A stretch of 64,000 nt of DNA from Eledone cirrhosa (Eukaryota): contig OZ024747.1 of assembly GCA_964016885.1 (NCBI GenBank), positions 15,624,001-15,688,000 on the forward strand, written 5' to 3'. The notes beneath the pieces were generated by a model, which saw only the letters and a list, made by a program, of their open reading frames with translations, ran no database searches and was not told where the DNA came from. Positions within the stretch are counted from its first letter, which is position 1. Each line of letters starts with the position of its first letter. Below are positions 43,700-57,658 of the stretch, piece after piece. The translations under genes were made by a program, and so were the position numbers.

Positions 43700-43903
43700 A
43701 CTAAATTTTATATTTTATCTGACGAAAGCGTACTTAAATATTAGTACCCTTGAAATACATATAATAAAATAAATATGGTTTTCTAAAGATATTTTCCATT
43801 TATTAATATTGTTAATATTAATGATACTCCACATACATTCTATAGAGTGCTTCTAATCTGTTGTAAAATTAACTTTGTTGAATAACCAACAAAATATATA
43901 ACT
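43700..43903 (+). mobile_element. Diverged family A-related element with hammerhead and tail, no inverted arm
   Basis: Colinear similarity to 23200-23400 (AATAAATATGGTTTT..TTTCCATTTATTAATAT..ACTCC..GAGTGCTT..CCAACAA). Confidence 0.75.
43711..43771 (+). ncRNA. Type I hammerhead ribozyme (family A variant)
   Basis: TATTTTAT-CTGACGA-AAGCGTACT taaatatt AGTACCCTT-GAAA-TACATA-TA-ATAAAATA. Compensatory changes relative to 23205-23269. Confidence 0.8.
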
Positions 43904-43918
43904 TATATATATAGTAAC

Positions 43919-43970
43919 AAGTATGACCCCGACGGCAGAGCTCAAGCCGTTTCGACGGCTATTTCTGGAC
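43919..43970 (-). mobile_element. Single arm of a family C element
   Basis: AAGTATGACCCCGACGGCAGAGCTCAAGCCGTTTCGACGGCTATTTCTGGAC matches ~32710-32762. Confidence 0.85.
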
Positions 43971-44115
43971 TAAATAAGAATTACTAGCCTGGTAATAAAT
44001 AGCCAAACTTCTCAAGGGGAATTTCCTTATATGGGAGATAGTAATTGTCAAGATGATTGGTTAACATTTGTTATAAAGACAGATAAATCTATCATGGCAT
44101 TTCGTAATTCCTTCG

Positions 44116-44158
<43 letters not shown>

Positions 44159-44179
44159 TATGTGTGTGTGTGGGGGGGG

Positions 44180-44551
44180 GTTATGTTAGCTAAGATGCTT
44201 CCATAGGCGGTATGCCGGTTGAGCACTCTTGAGCAGAGTATGATAGAATAGAAAACGAAAAATCAGTGATGCATCTGAACTCAATTTATTGAGTGTTACA
44301 ATTGTTTCGCCGCCGGACAACTCGAGACGCGATCATTGTGCGGGCGGATCTGTTTGGTTCTGGACTCGCAGGTTTGACAGACACGTCTAATGATTTCGGA
44401 GCATATTCTCTCACTCTCAATCATTAGACGTGTCCGTCGAACCTGCGGGTCCAGAATCAGACAGATCCACACAATGATCGCGTCTCGAGCGGTCCGCCGG
44501 CGAAACAATTGTAACACAATAAATTGAGTTCAGATGCATCACTGATTTTTC

Positions 44552-44556
<5 letters not shown>
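44180..44556 (-). mobile_element. Hairpin-plus-tail element, family F (GC-rich ~140-bp arms)
   Basis: 44252-44395 is inverted at 44419-44556. GAAAC-AATT-GTA-ACAC-AATAAA is a hammerhead 3' half. The left-side tail carries ACTC..GAGTGCT on the minus strand (44222-44239). (TA)n on the right. Confidence 0.75.
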
Positions 44557-44640
<84 letters not shown>

Positions 44641-45342
44641 ATTTATATATAAATTTATATATATATATATGCATTTAATATTTAAGAATTGAGCTGTCAC
44701 TAAACTAGAAAATCACCATGAGGTGTACTTCACTTTCACAATCAGTGTTTTACGATCGAGAGTTTTCGATGCTGCGCCACTCATTTATGTCTCCTGCTGT
44801 GATGTACTCCAATAATTGTACAAAGCATTAGACTATGTTTTGAGATGTTGACATCTATTCTTCATATATTTTTTATTTTCTGTGAGAACAGTCAAGACCT
44901 ATGTCTACTTAACACATTGTCTTTCTTAGGACCTTATTTTTATTCTAGAGTGTGGAGGTAGACATTTTCAGACAAGGTGATGTCACTCTTTTTATAGATT
45001 TGGGGAATTTGCTATGGCAAGGTTTTGCACCAGTTCATGCAGCTTTCTCCAAATATTCATTTTTTTTTTCTAGACAATATAATTTCAACGCGTTCAACCA
45101 CTCCGAAAGGCTCATCCCAAGAATGGAATCAGTTGTTTGTGTAAAATATTTGGATTTGCATATCGAGCTATTTTACGACCTGCTTTGCCGAAAATAAAAG
45201 AAAAATTGTTTTCACTCTAACATGATGAATACCTAAATGTATTCGCGAATAATAATAGTATAAAGTATATCATAAGGTATACATCGGCTGATTAGCCGAT
45301 GTATACTTTTGAGAATGTATTCTCAGCAGTTCCAGCGAGTAG

Positions 45343-45403
45343 CAGTGACGAGAGGAGGCACAGACTTGATAATGTGAAAGCACTCCGAAACAATTGTCGA
45401 CTG
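45343..45403 (+). ncRNA. Degenerate hammerhead ribozyme
   Basis: CAG-TGACGA-gaGGAG.GC...GCACTCC-GAAAC-AATT-GTC-GACTG: palindromic stem III and GUC triplet; the 5' core lacks its first C. Confidence 0.5.
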
Positions 45404-45654
45404 TTTTCACTCTGTTACCGCTGGAAAAAAAGGATGACGTCAATCGTCTAGAAAACATAGATATGTTATGAAGGTGTTTGCTTACAAACGAACCAAATAA
45501 TAATAATATTACTATAATATTATTATTATTCACTCACGAATGCATTTACGCATCGACCATTTCAGTTTCTATTCATATATGCATACAAAAACATACATAC
45601 AAATCCCTACACACACACGAACATATATATATAAAGTATATATATATATGAGTG

Positions 45655-45689
<35 letters not shown>

Positions 45690-46256
45690 ATATATATATA
45701 TACATACATAAGCATGTATATGGTAGAAACATCGTTCGAAAATGGCAAAGTAATGATAATATAATTGCTAAAATGCTGCCAATATATTTCAGTAGCTTCA
45801 CATGACAAAAGTATTTTACAGACTTACTATTCTCTTCCCTCTCGTCATCTCTCCCGACTCGCTCTCTTTTCTAGCCCTCAGCCTTCTCTCTTTGTATATC
45901 TTTTTCATTCTCTGTTGTATGTGTTTATATGTGTGCGCTTAACAGAGCTTCGTTTATATTATCAAAGCGAAACTTAGAATGTAATAAGTTTGATATTTAC
46001 ACGCATTTTTACAAATACTGTGTCCGGGTGATGATGTTAGATTCAATCAGACATTTATCACTTGTTTGTAAATATATCTTCTGGCTCTATCTATGTAGCT
46101 AAAGTTATTCTCAAGCTTTTATAATTTGCTATATTTATTATATATTATCTTCTTTATTTGTTTCACGCGTACACAATACACATACACACACATATAGACA
46201 GATGTGTATATATATATATATGTATATATATGTGTATATATATAGATGTGTATATA

Positions 46257-46343
<87 letters not shown>

Positions 46344-47734
46344 TTAGTTTTATTTTGCTTCCTCACCTTGGCTGAAATTACTGATCACAATAAATATTCG
46401 TAAGCTTGAATCTATTGTCATGAAAACGAAATGAATCGCTCTAACAGGTTTCCAATAACAGTAATAGCTAATATAGACAAGTTCTTTGTTGGATTTTCTA
46501 TCCTATTGTCTACAGCCTTCAGCATTTCCTTTAAAATCTGCACCCAGCCATGTATCGAATATACAACCCATTATGAGTGTTTTTATTGTTCCCATTTCAT
46601 GTGACGGTAAAATGATTGAGTGCTTCTTCGCTAGAGTGAGGGAAGAGAAGTTGAGAGGAGAAGGGAAGGGAGAGATAACAGATCAAGTCTTTTGTAATAT
46701 TAGATATGGTAAATCTAACACGAAGAGGTCAGAACAAAGATCGTTTCGTCGATAATAGCGCTGTCTACTCATTACACCACTTCTTTAATAAATTTGATTC
46801 GAAATGGGAATGAACAGCAGTTTACAATAAAAGTTGAGAGAAAGCGAATGGAGAGAAAGAAGGGAGAGTTTAGAAAGTAATAGGAAACATTTAAAAATAT
46901 AACAACTAAGTAGAAAAGCCAGGAAATTCTATTAGCATAAAACGCTTTTTACGGGTTTTTATTCATCTACGCTTTAGCTGTTTATCATACAAGCAGCTAA
47001 CCAGAGAAATAACACGCTGATTGCTAATGTCATGATCACGTGTTATATGATTAAACCCAGAGGCCACAGTTTGTGCAAAAGAGTAAGTTTCAATCATAAT
47101 GTATTAGGGTAAATAGGTTTAATGTTCTGCGTTCTGTCCAAAGACGAGAATTGAGGATTATACATTGGGTCTGGACAAAGTCAATGCAATAACAAACTCT
47201 ACTACAACAGGAACATTTATAGTCCACTATTAACCACGTTATATTAATTAAGGGCCATATAGGAAACGGCCAACAAAGATGATGTTTCAAAAACAGTATA
47301 AATTATGGCTACAGTACAAAAGAAAACTATCTATCTGTATTATTACAGGGTTACAATAGCACAATCAATGTTTCACTGCATTTCTGACGGAGGAAGCAAC
47401 TACAAAATGTATGTTATTTGGTGCAGAACATGATAATTCGTAAGAAAATGCCCCAGCTTTACGGTTTTTCCCGGTGAAATTATTAACCGTTGCTTATATA
47501 CATTCGCGAATGTAAATATAATATAAACATAATGAAACTAACAACACCTATGAAAGAGGGAACCTCATTTTACTATATTTAGCAGCAGAATTTCCCTCGA
47601 GTCATACATCCATTCTCATAGGAAAGTGTATGAGGCATGACATGCTAAGTTCCTGTCTTTAGCTGAAAGACAGGATGATAGCGATTTAAAATCAACCGTT
47701 GACGTGGTATTGTCCCAATAGATGGGTATATATT

Positions 47735-48012
47735 CTAGGGCGGGTAAAATTTCCGAGATCCATGGACGAGTTCTCTGCAGCGGTCTCTGTCCCTCATTAT
47801 CGCTGCCATGTCCTGCGTCTCCAACAGACCAGTGTCTGTCCTTAGGGCATCAACATATGTTAACCTTGGTCTTGATCTTCCAGTGTGTCCATGTAAGGGC
47901 TCCCACAGGAGTACTGAGTGCAATGTCAACTCTGGATGTCGGTGAGCATGCCCAGCTAACCTCAGTCTCCTCTGTGTCACTATTGAGATGACATTTGGGA
48001 GACTGTTTCGAT
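47735..48012 (-). pseudogene. RTE-clade LINE ORF C-terminus (3' end of the element)
   Basis: LPNVISIVTQRRLRLAGHAHRHPELTLHSVLLWEPLHGHTGRSRPRLTYVDALRTDTG...MRDRDRCR is a characteristic RTE C-terminal signature. Confidence 0.85.
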
Positions 48013-48072
48013 GAGTGTGGGGCTGAGAATGAATTAGACTAAAATAAAATATCAGGTAGAGAATGTTGAGAA

Positions 48073-48266
48073 GCCAGAGGGGATCACTAATGTAGGCGGC
48101 AAGCCGCTAGAATTGGTTGAGGACTTCTTGTATTTGGGAGCAAAGATTGGGAATACGGAAGATGATGTGGTTGAGAGGAAGAGCAAGGCCTGGGCGGCGT
48201 GCCACAGCTTGAGGTCGGTGTGGAAGTCAGACCTTCGTCAAGACCTGAAGATCCGCCTCTTCATGG

Positions 48267-48267
<1 letters not shown>
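48073..48267 (+). pseudogene. LINE RT thumb fragment, inverted relative to the adjacent RTE 3' piece
   Basis: NVGGKPLELVEDFLYLGAKIGNTEDDVVERKSKAWAACHSLRSVWKSDLRQDLKIRLF (the VxxFxYLG...RxxKAW..L..VW.S pattern); ends at (TA)n. Confidence 0.85.
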
Positions 48268-48349
<82 letters not shown>

Positions 48350-48924
48350 CATGTGTGTGTGCGTATCTATGTCTATGTGTATGTGAGAACATACCGTATA
48401 TGAGAACATTTAACAAAATATAAGTAGATATTTCGAATTAAAACCCTTGCTGCGAAAGAAGGAAATAACCAATTTTCATTATTATAAGAGATTGACATTT
48501 TGATCTCCGGAGATTAGTTATTTCCTCTTCAAATGACTATTATATCTATGGCTGTGTATACAGAGGAGTATTAGAAAATATTTGAATAAGAACATCATAT
48601 ATGTCAATCAAGCGGGGTTTAGATTCGAGTAGAAATGTTCAGTTTAATTCGTATGACATATGTACAATTGTCAACATGAATAACTAAAATTGAATATTTA
48701 TTGTAGAACACATCATATATTAGAATATGTTTAATTTAACACAGATGTAAATACAATTGCCTTTCAATCAACGGAGTGCAAACACCTACCTTATATATGT
48801 GTGTGAATATGTATATATATATATCTATATATATATATATATTCATAAATTAATAAAAACAATGAAATAAACACAAAGAACAAGTTCTTTATATAAAAAA
48901 ATTCATATATATACATATATACTT

Positions 48925-49075
48925 ATCTATGAATTAGGATGGAATCAATTTCAATCTGGTTAGACCATTACTCAACAGACTACTCGATACTAGGATTAGT
49001 AGAGTGTGGTTATATATAAGAGTGTGGACCCAATGGCTGAGCTCCTGCCGTTTCAACAGCTAGTTTCAGATATTT

Positions 49076-49080
<5 letters not shown>
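48925..49080 (-). mobile_element. Diverged family C-related element (arm plus tail)
   Basis: Minus strand AAACTAGCTGTTGAAACGGCAGGAGCTCAGCCATTGGGTC..ACTC-TACTA atcc TAGTA-TC-GAGTAGTCTG..TAATGGTCTA parallels 40874-40980. Confidence 0.65.
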
Positions 49081-49163
<83 letters not shown>

Positions 49164-49228
49164 CCATATATATATGCAAATATATATATATATATGCAAA
49201 CATACACACACACACACACATATATATA

Positions 49229-49282
<54 letters not shown>

Positions 49283-50415
49283 GACACATATAAATATATA
49301 CAGACATACAGACGTTCACGAACACACACAGGATCTCACGCACACATATCTTATGTATATAACGGTAGAAATCAAACAAAGTTCAATATAAAAAAAACTA
49401 CTGAGTAATGAAAGATTATAGGGGAAACATTGAGTTGGAAAAAAAATAACAGCTGCTTTCAGACACTTTTGTCCTACAAAAGAGGATGAGAGTCACAAAT
49501 GTATCGGAGGTATAAAGCATTTATTAGGAAAATGTTTAGCGAACATATTGAGAGTAGGGGTAGTGTTAGGGGTGGATGAATGCGAGCTGGGCGTGGTAGA
49601 ATTTGGAATAAAAGAAAGAGAAAGCGGAGAAAGATGATGATTTAGATTGAAGTTAGTGAGTGACTATAGAATGAATGAAAAGAAAAGATTGTTTAATTAA
49701 CCTTGTATTGATTGATATAAGAAGAAAAGGGAAAGTGATATGTGATATGTTAGAGTCGAATTATATGTGAGCCAGTGAAAACAGAGAAAATTAGCTGCAA
49801 AAGAGATTAAAGAATGTATGGATTTTAAAGTATCGCGGTGGTTTAAAAGCGCGAGTGAGCGAGTGAGCAAGCAATCTACCGCAAAAATCAATTAATATAT
49901 CAAGGCGACAATCTTAAAGCGAAAGGCGAGGAAATTTTGGCAAATGGTGACAAACGGAAGCTATAAATGCTTGCGAGAATTTCCGAAATTGCTGCGATAA
50001 CTGTGATATTTCAGCTGCTGCAGAGGAAAAATTAATTTGCAGCATGGCGTTGCTCCAAGTCCCTCACTTTCCTCCTACCACTTCACAATAAAGAGAGCTG
50101 TATAAGTGTTATTAATAGTGAGAATTTGCAGCAATACTTGCAGATGAGAGGCAGAAACACCAGACTTAGCTGCAGCAGTTGAATTAGCAGTAGAAATAGA
50201 AGCAGCAGCAGCAACAACAAGAGCGGCAGGATCAATGATAGGAAGATGGATTTTCAGGATTGGTATTGTTTTGGAGAAAATATCATTCGGTTGTAAAGAA
50301 GGCAGGTTCGAGTCTTTCTTTAACCCTTTCATGGTAGATGAAGTCAAATAAGTATTGGAGTCTATATAAAACAATGTACGCACTCGGGAGTTAGTAGCCC
50401 TCTGCCTACGTTAGA

Positions 50416-50608
50416 AATAATTGTTTCTACTTTTGGCACAAGGCCAGCAATTATTACAGTGTATTACTGGTACTTTATTTCATCGACCCCGTAAGGATGA
50501 AAGGCAAAGTTAACCTCGGCGGGATTTGAACTCAGGCCATAAAGGGCCGTAACTCTTTGCTGCAAAGCATGTCGCCCGACCCTCTACTGATACTGCCAAT
50601 CCAGCGCC
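50416..50608 (-). mobile_element. tRNA-derived SINE, full length; an older copy follows at ~50643-50820 (-)
   Basis: Reverse-complement match to 29670-29849. Confidence 0.9.
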
Positions 50609-50928
50609 CTTAGGATTAAATTATGGTTTCCGTTACAATAATGATTTCTAATTTAGGCGCAATGCTAACAATTTTGAGGAGAGAAAAGTCGATTAAATCT
50701 AATCCAGTATGTTACCGGTACTTTGCTTTTTCGACTCGGTGAAAAACATAGCTAACCTTGGCATGATTTGAATTCTGAACATAAAAAGATAGAACAAATA
50801 ATGCAAGGCATTTTGTAAACTATTCCTGGTGGTGGTGGTGGTGGTGGTGGTAGTGATGGTGGTAGTGTTCGTGGCAGTGGTGGTGGTGATGGTGGCGGTG
50901 GTGGTATAGTGGTGGTATAGTGGTGGTT

Positions 50929-50970
<42 letters not shown>

Positions 50971-52249
50971 ATAGTATAGTAGTAGTAGTAGTAGTTGTAG
51001 TCATTATTTTTATTCCTATTATTATCATAGTTGTATCGTTGCTGTTTTGATACTGTTGTTTTTTATATTGTTGCGGTGGCTGTTGGTGTTGCGATGGACG
51101 CACTCGTGTAATACAGCTCCTGGGAAGAATTGAATTTACCACATTTAATTTAATGGAAACAGCAATTTGTTTTTTGTCTTGTTCTGCTAACAAAGGATTT
51201 TAAAACGTTACAGTCCATCCCATTACCTTAGTTGAATAAATAGCTCTGGAGCAGAACTGGATGTATTGCATTTATTATAATGTAAAGAATGATTTATGTT
51301 TCATATGGCAGACAACAGACGTTAAAACTTTTGAGCGGCCATTGCATTTGTTACACTGCATTAGAAAAATAATTATTGCCCTTGGATATTTTCTTATTGT
51401 TTATAATTTTGTAAACATTGGTTGTATTTCAAAATAGTCAGCTCAGGAAAAGTGAGAGATTTTGTAAGCTGCAATCGTGGTAGCGAGGAATACATCTCGC
51501 CAGTTTGGGAACACATGCACATGAAATAAGAAGAAAGTTAATGAAACATATATAATCGGAAAAATTAAACTTGCACACGAAGCCATATTTGTATTCAAAG
51601 GCATTCAGACTTTTATGAACACACGTGACGAAAATGTAGACGTTGCAAACAAAAGTAACAAGACTAAGTCGTCTTTTGCACGTACTAGAAACTAGAACAG
51701 AATACTAAACATGTTTAAGCTTCTGGGTAACAACGACGTGAGCTGTCTCGAAAGACATTGTCTCCTTACCCGAGGATTTTATGGGAAAAGTGGCAAGGAT
51801 GAAAGTGATATAGCTCCGCTTTTAGACAAGGGAAAGGGCATTTAATATGCATTCCAAAGTATATATAGCATAGCCCGTTGAATTTGTACCATTAACAAGC
51901 CTGCGATTGATGGGGAATATATGAAAGTGTGTGTCTGGTATTTTAAACTTAAGCTGTTCTGGGGCTCCGTAAACATTTGAGCGGATTAATTCCACAATAT
52001 ATTTGGAGAATGTAAAGAAGAGTCATGCCATATAGAAATCGATCCCTATAATTTAAAATGCAGGATTGCATCAATGCGTAGCTGCATCGTCCTGGTTGTT
52101 AAGCTAATGGACACATATCTGAACCCACGAACCCCACCCTCTTGGTCAGTGGAGGAATCAAAGTTGCTTTTGCTTATCTCCGAATAAAAAAGTAGTCAGG
52201 TAGTATTTCGCTGAAACTTGAGAGTATTCTAACTCATGTGCAACATGTC

Positions 52250-52532
52250 CTGAGTTCTACAAAGGTTTAGTGATAAATAAGATCGACGACATGCTTAGGG
52301 AAATTCTCTCCACCATCGAAGACCAGCAAAATAGCCTACTACGGACAATTTTTCTATGGCCGATTTCCAGTAACACATCACCTAGCCATGCTACATGTGG
52401 GCGTACATTATCGGGTAGTGATACAATCTAGAGATTCGTTAGGTTCGGCGTTCGAGAGTGTTCGAAATGCGTCTACGACATGGAAAAGGTCCTGCACACA
52501 ATTCTGTATCCGTCTATTGCTGACATGTTGAA
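52250..52532 (+). pseudogene. Decayed Tx1/L1-clade ORF2 fragment including a CCHC zinc-knuckle remnant
   Basis: EFYKGLVINKIDDMLREIL... and, in frame from 52441, RFGVRECSKCVYDMEKVLHTILYPSIADML (CxxC..E..H..(C)P). Its end overlaps the start of the 38277 fragment (CPGVTDLW). Confidence 0.6.
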
Positions 52533-52823
52533 TTAGGTCTAACATCTGCTAGTTTATGTATGACGATCCTCTCATAACGTCTCTTTAATTTAGCCTCATG
52601 TCAGCCTGATTGAGTAAACCTATAACGAAAATATAATTAATCATATTCTTTCCTTCCGTTTTGTATATCGGGGAACAAATTGTCCGACATGTCCTTTAAG
52701 AGAGGATGTTATTCGGGTGTTATTGGTTCTTATACATAGCGATTTGAAAAATTCATTAGATCCTTGCAGTTTTTATTTCTCAGTTCTCTGCGTTCTGAGT
52801 TCATATTCTTCAGTTAATAAATG

Positions 52824-53042
52824 CAGGGTGGCCACTGAAAAACTTATTCGTTTTCAATCTTTTTTCTTTTTTCTTTTTCTTTTTTGCCGGTTATAGAGCA
52901 TCCATTATTGTTTTTCACATATAATACTGAAAAACATCCATTACTCATATTTTCCAATAAAATTAAAAAAATATTTTAAAAACCATGTGTTTGTAAAAAT
53001 TATTTTTGTTTTATATCATTCAGTCTTTCAGCAACCACCCTA
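52824..53042. mobile_element. Mariner-like MITE (~220 bp)
   Basis: Imperfect TIRs AGGGTGGCCACTGAAAAACT / AGTCTTTCAGCAACCACCCT (16/20 by eye); AT-rich interior; TA at the right end. Confidence 0.55.
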
Positions 53043-53476
53043 TAGAATTGCCAGTCTTGGTTGGGATATGAACGGGGTATTTACTGCATCAGCTGGATGT
53101 CTTATAGTATTACATATCGTGCGCATTTTTGTGTTCTTGACTGTTCGCAGAATGTAGACATATTTGCATGCCTAATTTTACGTGTTTTTTTTTGAAAAAA
53201 TTATCTTCCCTAGGGTTTGCGGAGGATATTTCTAAGGGCAAATACGTCATGACACAAGACATGGAGCATCTGAAAAATTGTAGGTAGAGAACTTTCCTTT
53301 TCTTATAAGCATTGTTTTCTGTCGACTATATTCTAATGAATTTATTTTGGCAGAGGAAAGTTGTATATTGAGTCGTCTCAAGAATATTTAAACTATAATA
53401 AAGTAAGAAGCGCGGGACTGCTTACGCTTTATAATTTGTTTATGCCATTAGTGAAATAAGTTGGATTACGTTGAAT

Positions 53477-53592
53477 AAATAATTGTTTCTACATTTAGCT
53501 CAAGGCCAGTAATTATCCCAGTGCATTACTGGTACTTTATTTTATCGACCCCGTAAGAATGTAAGGCAAAGTTAACCTCCGTGGGATTTTAT
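53477..53592 (-). mobile_element. tRNA-derived SINE, 3' half
   Basis: AATAATTGTTTCTAC..CAAGGCCAGTAATTATCCCAGTGCATTACTGGTACTTTATTTTATCGACCCCGTAAG. Older degenerate copies near 16930, 19470, 21530, 27410, 42250, 58110, 61930, 62480. Confidence 0.85.
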
Positions 53593-53647
53593 ATGAACTT
53601 GGGATAATGAAACAGAAGATATGTTTGGACGAATGGGCTACAGATGA

Positions 53648-53684
<37 letters not shown>

Positions 53685-53703
53685 GCGGCTGCTGCTGCTG
53701 CTG

Positions 53704-53747
<44 letters not shown>

Positions 53748-53955
53748 GCTACTTCTGCTACTACTACTACTACTTCTACTACTACTATCACTGCTACTAC
53801 TACTACTACTGCTGCTGTTGCTGCTGCTACTACTGCTACTACTACTTTAACTACTGCTGCTGCTACTACTATAACTACTACTACTATTGGTGCTGCTGCT
53901 TCTACTACTATTGCCGCTACTACTACTACTACTACTTCTACAACTACTATCACTG

Positions 53956-53987
<32 letters not shown>

Positions 53988-54723
53988 GATAAAAAGACGT
54001 ATATTGTTTGCTTCTTTTTTAAACAGGGGGCAATTATATGCTGTGTCAAACGACATTTTTTCCCCAAGTGCAGGAATATCGTAATTATAATAAATGATAA
54101 CAATACTCTTGTTAGTATTTTTAATTGAGACAAAATATGTATAGGAAACATGAGTTGGTTCCCTTTAACACTAAAGAGCAGAATTCTACTGAATTGCTCT
54201 GATGGATACTACAATTCGTTCGAACTATCTTCGTATCTTTCTTTCTATAGTTTATTTTATTTCAATATTTGTTTCATTTTTTTTTATTTTTATAGATTAA
54301 CTGGTGGGGGGTGTTGTCCAATAAAAGTTTTATTCATTGAACTTCGCTTAATGGTTTATTATCGTTGTCTCTTAATAAAAGACTTTATTCTAAGTCACCT
54401 TTAATCTTTTTATTATGTTTTTAATGTCCAGATATCAATCGCAATTAGAAAAAAGAAGAGGACAAATTATTTGATTACATAATGATGCTTTATTGTCCGA
54501 TAGCCGATCAATATTGCTGTCCTTCCATTGATTGATTAGGAAAGGCCACCAAGAAAAATAAAAATAAAAACTAAAATCCACTTGTACACAAGTTATAATT
54601 GTTTGTAAATTGATTTTCTCTCAAATGTAAAGAATTTTGAAAAGGAGATACGCCCCTGTATCAATGTTATGGCTATCATTATCATTACTGCTGTCATTGT
54701 TGGCGTTTTCATTATCATTGTTA

Positions 54724-54776
<53 letters not shown>

Positions 54777-54916
54777 GTTGTTGCTGTTGTTGTTGTTGTT
54801 GTTGTTATTGCTGTTATTATCATCATTACGTTTCATAAAAGAATGTGTATGACTCTAACCAATTAACGGTATATGCAATTTGCATAGTTTCCGGCGTGTG
54901 GTTTGACTGTACCCGG

Positions 54917-54983
<67 letters not shown>

Positions 54984-55105
54984 GGGGTTTGTGTGTGTGT
55001 GTGTGTGTGTGCGCGTGCGCGCGTGCGCGCGTGCGTGTGTGCGTTTCGTTGTGTGTATGTGTGTGTGTGTATGTGTATGTGCATGTGTATGCATGTTTGT
55101 GTGTG

Positions 55106-55137
<32 letters not shown>

Positions 55138-55236
55138 GTAGTAAAATATGAGTGAATGTGTAACAGAAAAAAAGCAAAACAGGTATTAGCGCTGATATAT
55201 CATTTATTTATGTCCATACACACATATATACATGTA

Positions 55237-55302
<66 letters not shown>

Positions 55303-55326
55303 CATACATATATATGTATATATTTA

Positions 55327-55392
<66 letters not shown>

Positions 55393-55395
55393 CAT

Positions 55396-55467
<72 letters not shown>

Positions 55468-55559
55468 GATGAAATACCAATGAAGGCTGGAAGATCACTC
55501 TGGTGAAGAACTAACTTTATTCTTATGTAACCCATTTGCAACCACGCAGCACGCCATTT

Positions 55560-55760
<201 letters not shown>

Positions 55761-56303
55761 TGTATGTATGTGTGTGTCTAGCGAGCGTCGTGTGTGTATG
55801 CTTTTGTGCATGCGATTGTTTGGTTGTTTGTGTGCGTGTGTGTGTAGAAATTAATTTGCTTTATTTCTGCATATGGAAAATCATCAGTTGTTTCGAATAC
55901 TAGATGTAGTTTTGTCCACTATTCACTGTCTGCATGGTTTATGTATCAGACCTATTTCATGTATTTTATATTCACTTGCTTTATCACAGCTTAACATGAT
56001 GTTAACACTTTTGAATTCACCAGACACTCCAACGATTATTTGTTTGTATATTACACACGTGTGTGGGTGTAAGTGCATGAGTATATAAATATACACAAAC
56101 ATACATATATATATATATGGTTTTTTGGGGGGAGGTGTCATATTGTTATAATATTGCCAGAAATAATAATAAAACAAACTCACTGTTAGGTTTGGATCAG
56201 TTGTCGCTTCTGTATATGTTATATCCTTGTAGTTAACTTAGCTGGCAATCAATGTTTATCAGTGATTGGCAAACGGATATAAATATAGATATAAATATAT
56301 ATA

Positions 56304-56392
56304 GAATTCACAAGAATCAAAGCTATGTTCAAAGCATTTATTCACTTACAATTGTTTCATCCAAACCTAGGCTTGAGTTTTCGGAGCATTAG
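56304..56392 (-). mobile_element. Short hammerhead-like remnant between duplicated AT-rich flanks
   Basis: Minus strand: CTAATGC-TCCGAAAAC..GTTTGGA-T-GAAAC-AATT-GTA-AGTG-AATAAA. Flanks GATATAAATA(TA)GATATAAATATATATA on both sides. Confidence 0.5.
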
Positions 56393-57422
56393 ATATAAAT
56401 AGATATAAATATATATATATTTAGTCTATCTAAATTCGTTCATCACACACCTGTGACATCATCAGGGGTACTATTATGTTTCCTCCCGCTGTATTGTAAT
56501 GTCTATTCAATGAAATAGGGATATAAAATATACAAAAACGAAAACCAATCCAAACCAAACAGTGTGTTTTATTATTATTTCTGTCAATATTATAAAAATA
56601 TGACCCTCCCCAAATATAACAATATTTGGTTCAACACACGATTTCATATCAAAGACTTTACAAAAGAAATATATCTATATATATATTCGAAAATACGGGC
56701 TAGGAGGTGAGGCTGTGTGGTTACTGAAAACGAATTGTTGGAAGGTAATCCGGACACAAACAAGTGAAGAAAAGTTTCCCTTCGTCAGCTGTTTACTACG
56801 GATCTTGTATGTTTCGGCGCTTAAAACCGAACATCGATCCGGAGCGGGCCCATCGCCTTTTATCTATCAAAAGGGCATGAGGGAAAGAAGTGATAATAGG
56901 GAGAGAGGAAGAAATAAATAGGGAAGAAGTAGAAAAGGAAAAAAAGGAATAAACGAAGTAAACATACCGATAGAAGGAGAAACACAGGACAATGGCTCAT
57001 GTATGTAAGTTTATACATACCTACATACACATACATACATATCTTTATACATATGTATAAACATATCTCACTTAAAACCAAAATCTCCATTGGGGGATAT
57101 AAGTTGGACAAACTAAGATAACTCATTTTCTCTCATACAATGTCCCATCTTCAGTTTCTGGAATGAAGAGAAAATAGTAAGTATCTCAATAAATTAAGAC
57201 AACCAGAATTGGAAGAGTATTCCGTTGTCTAATTTATATCCCGTCAATCAATATTTTGGTTTCAGTTAAATATGTTTAAATGATTCTCTGCGTTGATATT
57301 TATCTTTTCATAAAAACGTGCCATATTGTTCATATATATAAAGAGATATATTCATTTAGTCGTTGAATGACACACGTTGTTGAATGTTTCGACAAGTGCA
57401 CGGTCTGTATTTTCTCTATTCA

Positions 57423-57529
<107 letters not shown>

Positions 57530-57612
57530 TATATAATATATATATAATATATACATAATATATATATATATATATATAATATATATATAATATATACATA
57601 ATATATATATAT

Positions 57613-57658
<46 letters not shown>

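Noticed and set aside
53537-54151. 204-aa Val-rich and 173-aa Thr-rich (mucin-like) ORFs
   Set aside because: They lie on an (ACT/GCT)n tract; the minus-strand ORF also runs into a SINE. No splice or domain support.
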